A stretch of 64,000 bases of DNA from Iphione sp. A-MEVVRFRX5. Lineage: Eukaryota. The stretch lies in assembly GCA_976226885.1 (NCBI GenBank), contig OZ320313.1, positions 161,262,001-161,326,000 of the forward strand, in the 5' to 3' direction. The stretch's first letter is position 1, and each line of letters starts with the position of its first letter. The notes beneath the pieces were generated by a model that saw only the letters and a program-made list of their open reading frames with translations, ran no database searches and had not been told where the DNA came from. The translations under genes and the position numbers were made by a program. Positions 12,642-25,587 of the stretch are shown one piece after another.

Positions 12642-12716
12642 GTAGCAATAATATTCACAGAGGTCAAGGTCATGAAAAAAGTAGTGCTCTTGGGATAGGT
12701 TAAGTAGAATTTTACC

Positions 12717-12947
12717 CAACGGCCATGGTAATATCTCTGTGGAGGGACTTGCATCCTTATTCTTTAAATGACTGAGAAAGGGGTATTTTCTCCAACTTTG
12801 CATGCCCATGATTTTCTAAAAGAGCAGGTACTTTTTCACACTATGCAAGAAACAGCACAACATACACCAGAGGCCTCCATCAGATAAACAAGAGGGTAAA
12901 ATTCTAAGGATGCAAGTCCCTCCACAGAGATATTACCATGGCCGTTG
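12717..12947. repeat. Perfect 43 bp inverted repeat with 145 bp spacer upstream of DCTN4
   Basis: 12717-12759 CAACGGCCATGGTAATATCTCTGTGGAGGGACTTGCATCCTTA is the exact reverse complement of 12905-12947. Confidence 0.95.
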
Positions 12948-13049
12948 AGTCTCGGCTCTTCTCTGTAAATGCAGTGGGTACTCTACCGGCAAGCATCATC
13001 CCGCGAAATAAACTTGCGTGGTGCCATCTGTTGTTCAACAGACAAAACA

Positions 13050-13162
13050 CCAATGAATGAGTAATACACGGAAATGTTAGACGAGATGCGATTGGCTCAT
13101 AAAATTGGATGTAACCAACCAGAACCAAGATTTCTCAACAGGACAGACGATCAAAATGGCGA
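13050..13162 (+). promoter_or_regulatory. Probable DCTN4 proximal promoter/5' UTR (CCAAT/ATTGG boxes, YY1-like AAAATGGCG over the start codon)
   Basis: ccaat at about 13051, attgg at about 13091 and 13105, caaaATGGCGac at the ATG. Motif match only. Confidence 0.35.
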
Positions 13163-16100
13163 CCTACATGGATGTGGACCGTGTCAAATATATGGCATCA
13201 TCGGGGGTTAAGGCTCCTATATGTCGACTATATTTTTGTAGACATTGCTTAAAATTACGATCGAGTGATTGTGTTTCACACGAGGTAAAATGTTTACTTG
13301 ATTTAATTGTTTCATGCTAAAATATCCGTACCGGACGATCGGGATTGGGCCGGAGCTGTCAAACTTTCCAAACTCAGCTGTCAAAGTGTTGTTTTTAATT
13401 CTGTTTTATTTGAGTTATTGAGTGATCACATGAGGACAGAGACAGATATTCATTTTTTTGTTTGTAATTTTACGCTCATGGTGCCTGCGTCTTATGGAAG
13501 ATCTAAGGGAAGAATATAGCATTTAAGTTTCAGCCTGCCAAAGTACCTGCACATATACTTAGTCTTGGAAATTAGGACCTAGAGGTAGTTTCCATTACTT
13601 TCCAAATTCGCACAAGCATGTCCATCACGTATATCTATACATTAAACACATGCACAGACATACAAACTATGCCATACTGAAGATACATTATTATAAATTC
13701 ATTATATGTCGGTGCTTCCATGTGCACATGGTTCCCATGTCTAACGATGCCATGCACTACGAAAATATGTAGTTTTTACAACATTTTAGAGTATCAAGTT
13801 GAAAATGGACCAGTGGATATCGTTAATTTATGCTGCATGATAAAACACTGACCTTAAAGTTATCCTCGGTGCCACTGTGTGTATGCAATATTGCTCCAGC
13901 ACTAGACCTCTGAATTCTTAACTAGTCTACATTGAAAATGGAAAGAAAACTCATTTTCTTATCATTACAAATATGACAAAAAAGATAAGCTCCTGATAGA
14001 CGTAAAGCTACAGGAACTGCGCCGAAATCACTGGTGATTCCCGTACGTTCCGCCAGTGTGTCACAATTGAATGGGCGAAGTGTAGAAAAGAAAAGGTAGT
14101 TCAGAGAAAGTATCTAACGGGAAAGATCAACACTGGAACAGTGTGTCCACATAATATGCACATCCGCACATATGGAATAAGGGTTGTACATTTATTTTTT
14201 TTTTTTAAATGAAACACGTATGTAACAGTTGTGTACACAGAAAGACTTCTTCAAAAGTACCGTCCATGTCTGAGCCAACGCATACATCAGTGATCCAGGC
14301 ATGTGATCTGTCATAAGTAGAATCCCTCATTCCAGACAAAACTCCTATAATCAGGACATCTTACAATATGGATAGGCAAGGGTCAGAAGTCTACAAATTT
14401 ATATTTAAATATTCCTGCTATTCCAGACATCCCTCATTCCGGACAGCTTTTCCCCCCAGTCCCTCAGTTGTCCATATTAGTCACTTTCCATTGTAAATAC
14501 GCTTTAGGGCATATGCATGTTCATATCAACTCGTAGGTCATTGACATATGTAAAGGCACCAGTCTATTTTAATGTCTGTTGCAGTAAATGTAATGTCCAT
14601 ATCTATATGTACGTCTCCGCTTGATAGTATGTCACACGTACATGAGGTGGGCAGATTACTTATGATTATTTCCTCCATGGATGATGCCAGATATGTAAAA
14701 GATGTAGACAATTACAAAGCACAACATCATCATTGACAGTGCCCTTCAGTGCGGAATAGATTTGACACAATATGTGGAAGATTGGATGATCAACTCGTAC
14801 TGACTGTAATTTTAGAGTATTGTTATTCAGGTTATTAATTATGTGCCACTTAAATCATTTGACAATCATTTTAATTCGTTTATCAGTTGCACTGTCATAT
14901 AATGTAGTTATGCTGTTCTTTTTCATATTAGGTGGACTCACATTATTGTCCAAATTGCTTGGAAAATATGCCCTCGGCTGAAGCTAAGCTGAAAAAGAAC
15001 AGGTTAGTGCACTTATTTGCATTACAGGAAATATATATTTATTCATACAACTATGTTTTACTTTGCAAGAAAATGATGGTGCCGGGACATACATCAGGTT
15101 CATGGTACAGAAAATCTTGATGGGTTGTACCAATAAACTTTTGAGTCTGTTGAGTATTAAGTGGTTTATTGCAGTGTCTTTTCTGGCTTCCGAGATGTGG
15201 GCGAAGTCAGTGGACAGTATGATTATGCTGTTAATGCTATTAAAGAATACAGTTTGATTTTTTTTAAAACCATGGAATACTCTTATTCATGATGAAGCGG
15301 GGCGTTATATCATAGTCAATCTAACCCTGAAGTTTGTGTTTCATCACGATGTCACCGTCATAGCAGATTTGTATTTACTAATAAGTGTTGATTTGACGTC
15401 ATGTGGGTTTTTCAACTGCAATTACATTCAGGTGTGCTGGGTGCTTTGACTGTCCAAGTTGCCGTCACACCCTATCTACACGTGCTACTAGCATAAGTGT
15501 CCCAAGTGTGGACGACCCAGCTAAGTCTACGCCAAAGAAGGTGTACTATCTGGCCTGTGGATTCTGTCGCTGGACATCACGTGATGCAGGCATCAAGGAC
15601 CAGCTTGTTGGTTAGTGTTCGTCTCCGGTTTTCTTTGGCTCGAGGTTTTCCGCCTTGCTCAAAAAACACTTTAATAAATATATTGAGTGTGCAGTGTGTT
15701 CACAAACGTGTGTTATATGTACTACTGTACTCATATGCCACCTGCATGTATATTAATTGTATTACATCCATGTTAAATGTAACATGTAAATTTAAACCCC
15801 AAGATGGATTATCTTTGTATAGTAATACGAATATATCTATATACCGGTATATATGTATATATATCTGTACTTTTGGAAAAGAGAATCACGAAAATAGTAA
15901 GTAAGAATTTAACTAAAAACAGGCCTATGAGTTTGTGATTTTTGGGTATGTTTTTATGCTCCTTCATTACATGTCTGACGTAAGACCTTTTAATGCCTGC
16001 AGCAAGCGGTGCCTGGCCTGAGCAGCAGAATCCATATTCTAAGCGAGTAAGTTCTTCTGTCTGAAAATATGACTGATACGTGTCACAACTGGAGGAATAG

Positions 16101-19100
16101 AAACATTCTCAATACATGAATAAATGAGGCATTCAATGTTTTAGGCTACTGTCTTTATAGCTTTATCTAGGAGTATCGAGGTTTCTTGCCAGGATTATTC
16201 AGTGTAGTTTATTTCATAAATACTGAACAAATTATCCAAATCCTGGCAACTGCCAAACATAAGCAGTACTGTGTCTGATTATCTGTGGTTTGCCAGTTGT
16301 GTGGCATCAACGGTGGTGTGAGATAACTTAAGACAGAAACTGTATTTGTGGTAAAAGCTTTTATTTCACCTACAAGGAAGCATCTACAGTACCTCGTTCA
16401 CCTCGAGCTACGTGTTCGTTAGAAATTATAACTCTGTTTCCCTTCTTCCAGATTTCCACTCTGCTCGACTATTATCGTCAACTGGCCCAGCGAGAAAAGG
16501 TTGAGAAAGAGAAAAAGAAGTACTCGCGACGCAGAAGTTATCTGCATCTGTCTGTAAGTGAACCAGTATTTTCCTAATTTGTCAGGGGCCTTTTTAATCA
16601 CTGGGCCAATAGCATTTTAAAAACGCAGCAACATTCGGAATTGCATCAGTATTACTGTCATTGTAAACCAACACTGAACATTAAAGTACGAACAAACTCA
16701 CAATTGCTTTGTGCCTTTATTATGTTACTTTTTACCAGTTTTAATCCCTGAAAATGAAACAGCAACTGGTCTACTTAACTTGATGTCTCCTCAATGTAAA
16801 TTTGCACTTGTAGCGTGACGAAATGGGCACTCAGACGGTGAGAAACCTACTATTGTAGCCACCCCAACAAATTCCTGTTTACTCTGACCCATTGGTTTAA
16901 GGCCCCTTTAGAGTTACAACGGAAACGATAGGAGACAAACTTTGCCAATTATTAAGTTTTCGATTATGTTATGTACTGGTATCCCTAGTCGAATCAAACA
17001 TGGACGTAGTCAACAGTGTCATACCCCTTTTTTTCCATCCTGTCGGGGATTTTTGTTCAGTCCCATTTTATCCCACTATCCCCTGTTTCAGGACCCACCA
17101 TTGAAACCCGCTACTGCTCCTATAGAAGGGACTGACCAAATTTGTCTCTTGTTTCAAGTTCCCGTCTGACGTTTTTTTTTCTATAGCTATATACCAGTAT
17201 TCATTGGTATAAAGAAAGTGTCTGTCCCCTTGCCTTTTATTCCTGGTTAAGAAGTCGCGCTGGCGAATTTCTATTGGATTGGCAAATGGATGCGGCCTTT
17301 TATTTATTTATAGAAGTACAGAGAAGAAAATGTTTTGAAATCGTAAATGACTTCAGTAGGTGTCTGTGTTTTCTTTGAATTTCTCTCTGTCAGGCTTTGT
17401 TTCCCGTGTAACTAGCCTCATAAAGCTGTCTCATTGCTTTGTGTTATACTCACATAGTGTGTTGAATTCTCTAATCATACAGGACAAGTTCGGTCTCAGC
17501 TCTGCAGCCTCTAGACGCAGGAGTGGCCTGATCGGTATGAGTGGACTCAGGTAAACCATCAGATGATTCCACCCAAGTCTTAAATCTTGGCCCGAAGTGA
17601 GGTGACTTCAAATATAAATCTTCTGTTCACCCTACCCAAGTCTTAAGTCTTAGCCAGAAGTGAGAAGACTTTGAATGTAAATCTTATGTTCAGACTCCAT
17701 TTCGCCTCTCCTCCAAAGACATGACTTGCAAGTTGATGAAGGGAATCGAGTTTTACACCATTAGTTTCCAATGATCAATGACAATTCAAGCACCCTGCTG
17801 CAACATTCATTTGAAATGTTTTATTGATTCTTTGGTGCTGAAACAAACACTGTAGCCTTTGAACATTTCAGGCCCTCCCTTGTGCTAAGATGCATAATGT
17901 ATGGGAAATGTATAGAAAAATGATTGCAGATTAGTGTAACTCGTGAATTGCTCCACATTATGGTTCGAACGATAACATGTTACTTTTTTCTCAATCTCTT
18001 ACAGTATCAAAGAGAATGAGGAGCTGAAGGTGGCTGAAGTATCAGGGAGTGAAGCTGTGTCTGAATTTGAGCCCCTTGATGAAGCCGTATTCACCACTCC
18101 AGTTTCTCTGACCAAACGTGAGTAAAAAAGTGCGTTGGCACAAACCTCTTAACTTGTTGTCGTAGGTTTCCACTCCAAACTCCTTAATATGTATACAGTT
18201 AGAGGTCTAGTCAGGCGGCAGCCGCTGGTTTGCTGCAATAGAAAAGACCTCCTCTTTTCATTTCACATGAAAAAATAATGTCGTTTTCTTTTGGTCATTG
18301 CCAGCCTATCTGTTCGTTTTCTGCCGACACTGTTTGATGGCGCCCTATCTGATGTACCTGTATTTGTTCATGTGAATGATATGACTGAGTAGCTCATGGC
18401 CATAAATGACTCCGTTACATATTTGACATAATTCACGTTCGCATATCACGTAATCATATTAACTATGATAGAACTTTACTAGATGCTCTCTTCCTCACCA
18501 ACAGTGACCACGATGAGTCAGCGTCATGCAAACCCCGAGTTCCAGCCTGAAGGCACATCAGAGCTGTACCCGCGGCACAAACATCTGCTCATCAAACGCT
18601 CACAGCGTTGCAGGGTGAGCCATACAATCTTCACAGTACAGCATATTTTTTGCCTTTATTTGTTACCAATGTTGGAATATTGTAGCTGTGCTCGAAATGA
18701 GGCTAATCAGTGAGAAGTAAAGAGTTACTTTGTGCATTTATTTTGATATTTTCCTATGCTGGTAAAGTATCATTTTCTGTAATTTTTTTTATATTTATTT
18801 GTGATTTGACAAAAATATATGAGGTATCAGTAGTTATACGAAGGTTGATAAACTATGGAAGAGGATCACCTTAACTTTACATTGTTTTCTAACAGGAATG
18901 CGAGCACAATCTTAGCAAACCAGAGTTTAACCCTTCTTCAATCAAGTTCAAGATTCAACTCGTAGCACTGTAAGTGTGTTCTTGATATCGATGTAAGTCC
19001 GCTCACTGAAATACAGATAATGAGAAAATAAAGACCTACCTCTCGTTGAGGATCTTTACACCATCGAACAAGGTCGCCTCACCTGCTCATAACAGACCAG

Positions 19101-20827
19101 AACAGTGCAGTGAAAAGCGTGAAAGTAGCTTTAGTGATTACAGTTTTTTTGAACGATACCATCGCCTTATGTAGAATACATCTATTTCTTTTATTTTACT
19201 TACAGGCATCACGTACCAGAGATACGCATCATGTCCCAGCCCAACCTTGTATACCAGAAGGTACGTGTCCAGCAAGAAAAGAATCGTTCATTAAGCCATA
19301 CTTTCGGTGTAATATGGAGAAAGCCTCATGCACCTTTACTTGCTACTACAATTTATGTTTCCAGCATCTGTACTGTTTCCAAAAAATAATGTTTAAATTT
19401 TATCTGTTCGGTAAATTTAAGGGTTCACCATAATGGACCAATTGCTGCAGAAATACATTATGCAGTTTAAAATGATGCTACAACAATGGGTGCAATGGGT
19501 AGAGAGGCTACGACAGTCAGAGCTCAAACTACGACAGATTTTACATCCTGCCACTCATTCACATGTGAAAATGAACATAGTCTATGTGTTTCCAGGCCCA
19601 AAGGACCCACTTCTACTTGTCAAATCTTAATGAAACTTGTACCAAATTAAAGCTAATCATCTAAGAAAGAAGATGCGTTATAGCTTGTCTTCTTTCTAGC
19701 TTAATTTACAGAGAAGTGACAGCCCTACAAAGTTTTCCCACGGACTTGTGATAAGAATTACACTGTATTTTGTACCGGGAGTGTATTGACTGTCATTTTG
19801 CACTGTAATGAGGTGCAGAGGCAATCGGCTCAATGACTCTCATTTATTATTGAGACATTTGACTGGTCAGTCCAGGAATTTAGATATATCTATTAGTAGT
19901 ACCACACAGTGATACGTACGTTTGACATTGCCAAACATAAAAATAGTGTAGAAAGCACCAACAAAACACCAGAGGTATGATTTTAGGCGGCTTTATTGCT
20001 GAATCCCAACGTTTCGGCTTATCTGCCGAGCTTTTTTCAGTGGTCCAAACATCTTACATCAAGTTTTCGCTTTACAATAATGTAAAAAATTTGAGTATCA
20101 AATATAACACTACTGTGACCTCCAAGCCCTGCTAAGTGACAGTTCATCTTACTTGTTTTACAAGGAAACTCAAGTCATTCTGACCCTGTTCAATCCATTG
20201 GACTCGCTCACTCATGTGACCTTGTTGCCAAATGAGAATGAGGAAGATCTAGAAAGTGATACGGGCAACTTAGTGCTGCCCTCTTGTCAGCTGGTGCTGG
20301 CACCTCGCGATGACGCCGCAGAATTCGATGATGGCAGCAACCCCCAGCATAACTTTAATGATGACCCAAGGTAAATTAAAATGAAAACTGATGTATCTTT
20401 GTGCTCATTGTTCTTTATGAAGCAGTAACAGCTCTTCACATATTGCCTGAACCCTTCAGAAAACTTACTTCCAAGGGAACGAGAGAAAAAAAATTATAAA
20501 AAAAATTATACTTTATAGGATTTTATTCACATTGACTCTCCACTTTGAATCTCCTTGTTTTGATGGAAAAATTTTCATTCCATCTCTTTCTTTTCTGTCT
20601 CGCTTAGCGTTGTGGTCTTCCGGAATGCCAACAAGATTGGGTTCTTCATTAAAGTGACGCCGAACAAGCCCAGTGGGGATGTCCGAGTGAGCTTTGTAAT
20701 GCGCTATGACTACCGTAACATGACCACTGCCCTGCAGAGTGAGACCAAGGAGCCAGACACCGTGTGGCTGCAGCACACCATCTACATGAACCTGGGTGAA
20801 GTCCTGCCGACTGAAAGCTTTGCATAA
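13156..20827 (+). CDS. DCTN4: Dynactin subunit 4 (p62), complete, 12 exons, 456 aa
   Basis: Exons 13156-13284, 14932-15002, 15432-15610, 16003-16046, 16452-16553, 17483-17550, 18005-18117, 18505-18614, 18896-18969, 19206-19260, 20165-20370 and 20608-20827, all GT-AG and in phase (1371 nt). Diagnostic peptides [99 protein letters not shown]. Confidence 0.97.
14314..14495. mobile_element. Degenerate Tc1/mariner-pogo-type MITE in DCTN4 intron 1
   Basis: Left AGTAGAATCCCTCATTCCAGACA, internal repeat CCCTCATTCCGGACA, right ...TTCCATTGTA; TIR match is poor. Confidence 0.4.
20005..20045 (-). mobile_element. Penelope-like pseudo-LTR fragment with degenerate hammerhead core
   Basis: Minus strand CTGAAAAAAGCTCGGCAGATAAGCCGAAACGTTG followed by AATAAA; resembles the CTGANGA...GAAAC motif of Penelope-like elements but G8 reads A. 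Confidence 0.4.
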
Positions 20828-21251
20828 TGGCTCCCGGAATGTAGTCCGTTTGAAGGAGTATAACCAAAGGTACTTTGACGTGCTTCAGTGTTGATGGCAT
20901 AAGGTCATTTTAAATGGCGTTTGTATGCTTCTCTCTGCAGATGAAGTATGGTCAAGCCAAACCACTGTGACATGATATAATATGAAATATGTATACGCTA
21001 CCTTGTGCTCCCGGTTTATGGGATACTCCAGTGGCACCTTGAGATTTCTTTTTTTGTGTTCTCGGTCCATAGTCAATTGTATCATTCTCCTGCATGTCGA
21101 CTGTCTCTCCCGCTCAATGTGGTAGGCCTAACGGCGCAAACGCAGGTATTGTTACTGAACCTGAAATCAGCTTTGGGTATTCTTTTTTCAAAACTGTTCA
21201 TATGTTGACTAAGGAGCTGTGTTGTCTTTTAGTCGGCAATGAAGCGGATCA

Positions 21252-21579
21252 GGCCAAACCAAAAAAATACTGTAGTTCTGCTACATGGCCCCAAAGTTGA
21301 TATAGTCAGGTAAATTTTTCAAATCAGAAAAAGTGACATTTTGATCTGATTCATATAAATTGAAAACTTGGATATATATACCATATTAGACTGTCTAAAA
21401 TTGATTTGCGATATTTTCTCTCACAGTCATTTCAAAACTCGACTTGTTATATCTCTTACTTGGTGGTTCCTGCAAACCCCTTCATCATCATCAAAAGTAG
21501 GCGATATAAATGATGAGACAAGCATACTTTAATCTAGGTCGGTCGGAAACTGGCAACATAGTGTTTTTTTGGTTTGGCC
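21252..21579. mobile_element. Harbinger-type MITE family B
   Basis: TIR GGCCAAACCAAAAAAAYACTRT at both ends; TCA TSD at 21249-21251 and 21580-21582. Confidence 0.85.
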
Positions 21580-22137
21580 TCATCCTTCAGCATAAGAAAC
21601 TTTCTCATTGTACTCTGACTTGGCAAGACTGGCGCAATGTACTATTGGGAACATATATACTCGTACATTATATACAAAACCAAGAGAGGAGACTCACATA
21701 TAATACACAGGACGTAAATGTAAACTGCAATGGACATCATAATACATGTTTGGCTTTCAGTACGGGAATGAGTATAGTCGTATGCGAAAATCTTTTCTCA
21801 TTTTCAGTCCCCGAATCATTCATACTTAGAGATCTGTTATATTTATTGTATCTTATGTGTAATTTATAACATAGCTACGCTTTCGTCGTGAACATATGTT
21901 TGATTGTACTCATATTTAAAAAAAATTACTTGGGAGGAAAACTGCAGGCTGGAGAATAGTTTTCTGGTATATATCAAAAATATGTTAATACCTTCGCTGT
22001 TTATGGAACTAGCACCCTCAAAGAAGTCAGAGCCGCCAGAGGGGAAACCTCTTTAATAAATTTGAGAGCCGTTGGACTCGCCACATACACAGTTTGAGGG
22101 GACAACTGAGTGTCCACAGTCGGGCAATTAACAGTAC

Positions 22138-22171
22138 ATATATATATATATATATAATATATATATATATA
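22138..22171. repeat. (TA)n microsatellite
   Basis: Direct reading. Confidence 0.9.
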
Positions 22172-23964
22172 CAATAAGGGTCATGTTTAAATGTTTGCAA
22201 CCTGTCTTTGTCAAGGTTCTTCATACAAGTCCACAGACACTGACCAGTTTACAATATCGCTTATATGGACTTATGTATGAATGTATATCCGCTTAACACT
22301 TTGTTGACCCCTATCGTTAGTAAGTTGTGGTGTTTATTACTTTCAAATCGGGTTGGGAACCTTGTTGTAGGCGGTATTCGTTGGGAACTGCTTCCAATGA
22401 TGAATTTCAAGTAGAAGAGTCTTCTTTTGCACCAAACAGGTATTTTTTGTCATTACTTTATGAAGGTACTCAATTTTGTTACAAGACTGCTAATAGCTCT
22501 CTTATGTATACAGTCAAGACTCGATGGCTGCACACTCGGTACGTTTCAAGGTATGCGTTTTGTAAATGAATTTTCTCAGTACAAACTAGTTCTTATAGAA
22601 ATAATAATCATCATAAAAATCATTTATTTCCGACAAATGTTTTGTACAAATAGGACCGTTCAGATATCGAGTTTTGATTGTATCACAGTTTTATTGCAAA
22701 AATCTGCGCCTGTATGCAGTCATCATAGGAATGTTAATCGGTTCGAGATGAGAGACTTACGGAAATGTAGTAAGGCAGGTAATTCATGAAACCATATACC
22801 TGATTATTTTTTTGCAGAAAAACAAGGTAATCCTAGGTTCATTTCGTTATCGAACTTATTTCTTTTCGGTACTTTGTATTGCATAAGATTATTTTGGGTC
22901 GAGATTATTGGAGCTAGGACTGCCTCTAGATTCGATTCTTATACATGTGATGTGATATTGGACCTTTAAGATCACATGCACTTTGCCTTGACGAGTAGTT
23001 AGGACGGTCGTAACAATACATATTATTGGAAGGTTGCTCCCGGTATACTGTTATACATGGGTTTTATTTTGGAACTGAATACATTTGCATCAAGAATGGT
23101 AAGTGGAACGCGATGTGGGTAATAAAATGCTAAAATCCCATTTGTTTGTTTTTATTCATTATATTCGGAACACGAGCTTTGATTCGGTGTACTTGTGATG
23201 CAAGGAATTATTCTTATACGGTTTTTCTTACCCTGTAACTAAAAAGGTTTATCTTCATGATTAGCTAGGATTCAGCCAGCTTTGCATGTACAGAGGTATT
23301 GGACCATTCAGCAGTGTTCAGTTAGGAGTGGATGGATGGAGGGATGGATGAATGGATTTAAAGATTGAAAATAGGAGGAGGGACTACCAGACAGCGATGA
23401 TGGTGAAAACGGTCAGCGGATCTATTCACCTGGAGAACGCATATCTGTACACATGTACATGTGTTACAATTCGCTGTCTCCCAGCAGTTAGATATGTTTT
23501 CTTTTAAAAGTATAAAAGAAAATGATGTTTCTATATTCGAAGAGAGCATAATCCTTAGCTTAAGCATTTTGATAGCCTGAAGCTTTCCTAAGTTCTCAGG
23601 TTTCTTTCAGCTGATCAAATCTTCTCCTGAATCTAACAAGCCTCAGGATTCTTTCAGTTTATCAAACCTCCTGAATATAAAAAGCCCAAATGTCCTCGGC
23701 TTGACAGGTCAGGTATTGTTTTTTGAGCTTGCCAGGCCAAGCGTTAGGTATAGGTAAGAATTCAGTGTTAGCAACAGATAGTGTCGATGGATGGCCTCGT
23801 CGCATTTGCTGGTACTTCTGGGTCGCTTGGTAGCTGGCAAATGATTGTACATTTGTTCATGGAATTTATACAGCATTTCCAGGCCAGCTGTACCTGATAT
23901 GGTAAAGTACAGACAACATAGTCAGCTTTACTACTTGTCAGACGGTATTGTGCACTAATGATAT

Positions 23965-24210
23965 TGTTGGGCCTGCGCCCAAGTTTCAGTGTAACTCTGG
24001 CCGGAGTTCGGCGGAGTCATAGTTGTTGCCGGGGTTCGCCCGGAGTTGGCCGGAGTTGGCCGGAGTTCGTGCCCCTCCAGCCAGGTTAACACTGTCTATA
24101 TAAGGGACTGAGCTGGAGGGGTTTGTTGCCATTCTTGTCTGTTCCTTCTTGGAATAAACTTCAGTCAAAACTATACTACAAGAGTCATGTCACTTCGTTC
24201 GGGGTGAACA
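23965..24210 (+). repeat. 5' LTR (246 bp)
   Basis: TGTTGG...GAACA; TATATAA at 24097, AATAAA at 24153. Differs from the 3' LTR by 5 substitutions and one 9 bp indel (counted by eye). Confidence 0.97.
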
Positions 24211-24212
24211 TT

Positions 24213-24230
24213 TGGTGGCAGCGGTGGGAT
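24213..24230 (+). promoter_or_regulatory. Primer binding site, tRNA-Leu
   Basis: TGGTGGCAGCGGTGGGAT, 2 nt after the LTR, complementary to the 3' end (AUCCCACCGCUGCCA-CCA) of metazoan tRNA-Leu(AAG/UAG) as I recall it. Confidence 0.85.
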
Positions 24231-24375
24231 CCTCTCCAGCGAAGACCGGGCGGAGTTCCGGGCGGAGACTGCCGGAGAGTGGACGGAGTCTGGAAGACCC
24301 ACTGCTCTGGCGGAGTTTCTGGCGGAGACTCCGGGCAAACTCCGGGCAGAGTCACCCTCACGTCTGCCGATAGAG

Positions 24376-25570
24376 ATGGAGATAGACGAGACCCAAGAGA
24401 CCAAGGGTGACTCGAGTTTGTGGAGGTCAAGGCCAGCTACTCCCGCCAGCCAGACCAGACGCAGGAAGAGCCGTGAGAGAGAGGATTCCCCACGACCGGG
24501 TGGGGCTGGAGAAGGCTTGCGGGTGGCCAGTCTGGTGCCACTCATGGGCAACACCCCGCCCGCCCCGAACCTTATGGAACCAAGAGAGGGAGACAACAGA
24601 CGGGAAGGCCAGGACTCCCCCCCCCCCTGGGGAGGAGGGTGAGTCCCACGCTACCAGCAGTGAAGACGAGGAGGAGGAGGTGGCCGAGACAGCCGAAGCC
24701 ACCCCACTCTGGCAAGGGCTGGTCTCTGAGCTGAGGACAGCACTACGGCCTAACAAGGCCCCTAGGTGTTTGCACGTCAAGCCTGACGTGTACGACGGGA
24801 GCACGCCCCTGAGGGATTTCATCCAGCACTTCGAGCTGGTGGCCGCTGCGAACCAATGGAGCGAAGGGGACAAGGCCATGCAGCTGGGCATTGCACTGCG
24901 CAAATCGGCGCGAGGAGTGTTGCGCAGTGCCGACATCAACATTATGGGGCCTGGCGCCTACCAGTGTTTGGTTGAGGCCCTCACCGAGCGGTTCCAGTCG
25001 CGACACCAGACTGACGCCTATATTCAGCAACTCAAAGGACGGCGCCAGAGGAAGGATGAAGGGCTCGGAGATTTAGCCGACGAGATGGAACGCCTCGTCC
25101 AACTAGCCTACCCGGAGGCTAGAGGGACGTGGAAGGATCGCATGTGCAGAGAGTACTTCACAGGGGCCCTGCAGAACGAGAAGGTGCGGAAGTGGGTCAC
25201 GCAGGCCTGGGTGTCCACGTTCCGTGAGACGCTGTCATCGGCCCAGGTGGCCGAATCCTACTACGCCAGCAAACAGGAGAGAGTTGGCCCCAAGAAGATC
25301 CACCGGCTGGAGGCCGCCCCTGCCACAGGAGCTGCAGAGCAGAAGGCACCTCCCGCCAAAGACGAGACAGGGACGATGAGCCGGATTGAGAAATTACTTC
25401 AACAACTACTGGAGGAGCGGGTTGCGGCGCAGAAGGAGACCAAGAAGGCGGGGCCGAAGAAATGCTTTCAGTGTGGCGAAGTAGGCCACTTCCGGCGCGA
25501 GTGCCCGAAGTTGCCAGCCCAGTCCGTGACACCGTCGGGAAACGGACCAGTGGCCGCCCCTCGCGTTTGA
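24376..25570 (+). pseudogene. gag: Gag (capsid-like region + CCHC knuckle), frameshifted at a C11 run
   Basis: ATG at 24376 (MEIDETQETK...) is out of frame with the downstream gag by one base at poly-C 24617-24627; KPDVYDG...FIQHFELVA, CFQCGEVGHFRRECP. Confidence 0.9.
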
Positions 25571-25587
25571 GTCGGGCGGCCGCTGCT
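25537..25587 (+). promoter_or_regulatory. Programmed -1 ribosomal frameshift signal (gag to pol)
   Basis: Slippery heptamer G GGA AAC (25537-25543) in the gag frame, then a 4 nt spacer and a 12 bp stem CAGTGGCCGCCC / GGGCGGCCGCTG; pol is in the -1 frame. Confidence 0.85.
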
